A stretch of 64,000 nucleotides of DNA from contig NC_086109.1 of the NCBI RefSeq assembly GCF_963921235.1, positions 310,001 to 374,000 on the forward strand, written 5' to 3'. Made by a program: the position numbers and the translations under genes. Source of the stretch: Mobula hypostoma (lineage: Eukaryota). Below are positions 63,101 to 64,000 of this stretch, piece after piece. Numbering within the stretch: the stretch's first letter is position 1; every line of letters begins with the position of its first letter. The notes under the pieces were generated by a model. That model ran no database searches and was not told the DNA's origin. It saw nothing but the letters and a program-made list of their open reading frames with translations.

Positions 63101-64000
63101 GGAGTGTGTGATGGGACAGTGGAGAGGGAGTTTGTGCTGGGACAGTGCAGAGGGAGTTTCACTCTGTGTCTGACCCGTGTCCTGGGAGTGTGTGATGGGA
63201 CAGTGGAGAGGGAGTTTGTGCTGGGACAGTGCAGAGGGAGTTTGTGATGGGACAGTGTACAGGGAATGTGTGATGGCCAGTGTCGCGGGAGTGTGTGGTA
63301 GGACAGTGTAGAGGGAGTGTGTGATGGTACAGTGTAGAGGGAGTGTGTGATGGGACAGTGCAGAGGGAGTTTCACTCTGTGTCTGACCCGTGTCCTGGGA
63401 GTGTGTGATGGGACAATATAGAGGGAGCGTGTGATGGGACCGTGTAGAGGGAGTGTGTGGTAGGACAGTGTAGAGGGAGTGTGTGATGGTACAGTGTAGA
63501 GGGAGTGTGTGATGGGACGGTGTAGAGGGAGTGTGTGATGAGACAGGTAGAGGGAGTGTGTGATGGATCTGTGTAGGGGGAGTGTGCGATGGACAGTGCA
63601 GAGGGAGTGTGTGATGGGACAGTGTAGAGGGAGTGTGTGATGGACAGTGTAGAGGGAGTGTGTGGTAGGACAGTGTAGAGGGAGTGTGTGATGGTACAGT
63701 GTAGAGGGAGTGTGTGATGGGACAGTGCAGAGGGAGTTTCACTCTGTGTCTGACCCGTGTCCTGGGAGTGTGTGATGGGACAGTGTAGAGGGAGTGTGTG
63801 ATGGGACAGTGTAGAGGGAGTTTCACTCTGTGTCTGACCCGTGTCCTGGGAGTGTGTGATGGGACAATGTAGAGGGAGCGTGTGATGGGACCGTGTAGAG
63901 GGAGTGTGTGGTAGGACAGTGTAGAGGGAGTGTGTGATGGTACAGTGTAGAGGGAGTGTGTGATGGGACAGTATAGAGGGAGTTTCACTCTGTGTCTGAC
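42112..64000 (+). repeat. Satellite C: 25/26-bp unit agggagtgtgtgatgggacagtgtag interleaved with a 58-bp unit containing tttcactctgtgtctgacccgtgtcctg; kb-scale higher-order repeats
   Basis: Continuous to the window end; identical pseudo-ORFs recur at 46797/48748/51740 and 48032/49983/52975. Confidence 0.98.

Noticed and set aside
42264..63988. Long His/Thr/Pro/Ser-rich minus-strand ORFs (up to 422 aa)
   Set aside because: These are translations of the C/A-rich satellite strand, which lacks stops in several frames at once; there are no splice or domain signals.

Overview
Repeat-dense vertebrate genomic DNA. The CR1, Rex1/Babar, Penelope, SINE and satellite content looks like a cartilaginous fish (ray/shark); this is inference. 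About two thirds of the window is tandem satellite: a ~35-bp array (~8970-12895), a related 23-bp array carrying CACAGTG in almost every unit (~12896-28592, interrupted by a young 5'-truncated CR1), and a 26/58-bp composite array (42112 to the window end). Two convergent host genes lie between the arrays. The first is a two-coding-exon ENDOD1-family gene (+; 28841-29146, 29909-30490) with a signal peptide and a degenerate nuclease active site. The second is the 3' part of an IGSF8/EWI-2-like gene (-; last Ig exon 39772-39377, TM exon 38574-38451, probable terminal exon from 34493 supplying G+TGA and a ~2.9-kb 3'UTR). A Penelope-type repeat at ~6855-7292 carries a minimal hammerhead ribozyme motif. 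I found no convincing wholly new system. The best leads are the pseudo-nuclease, the hammerhead, the heptamer-containing satellite abutting the gene, and the stop-neutral terminal intron. Repeat boundaries are approximate and were read by eye.
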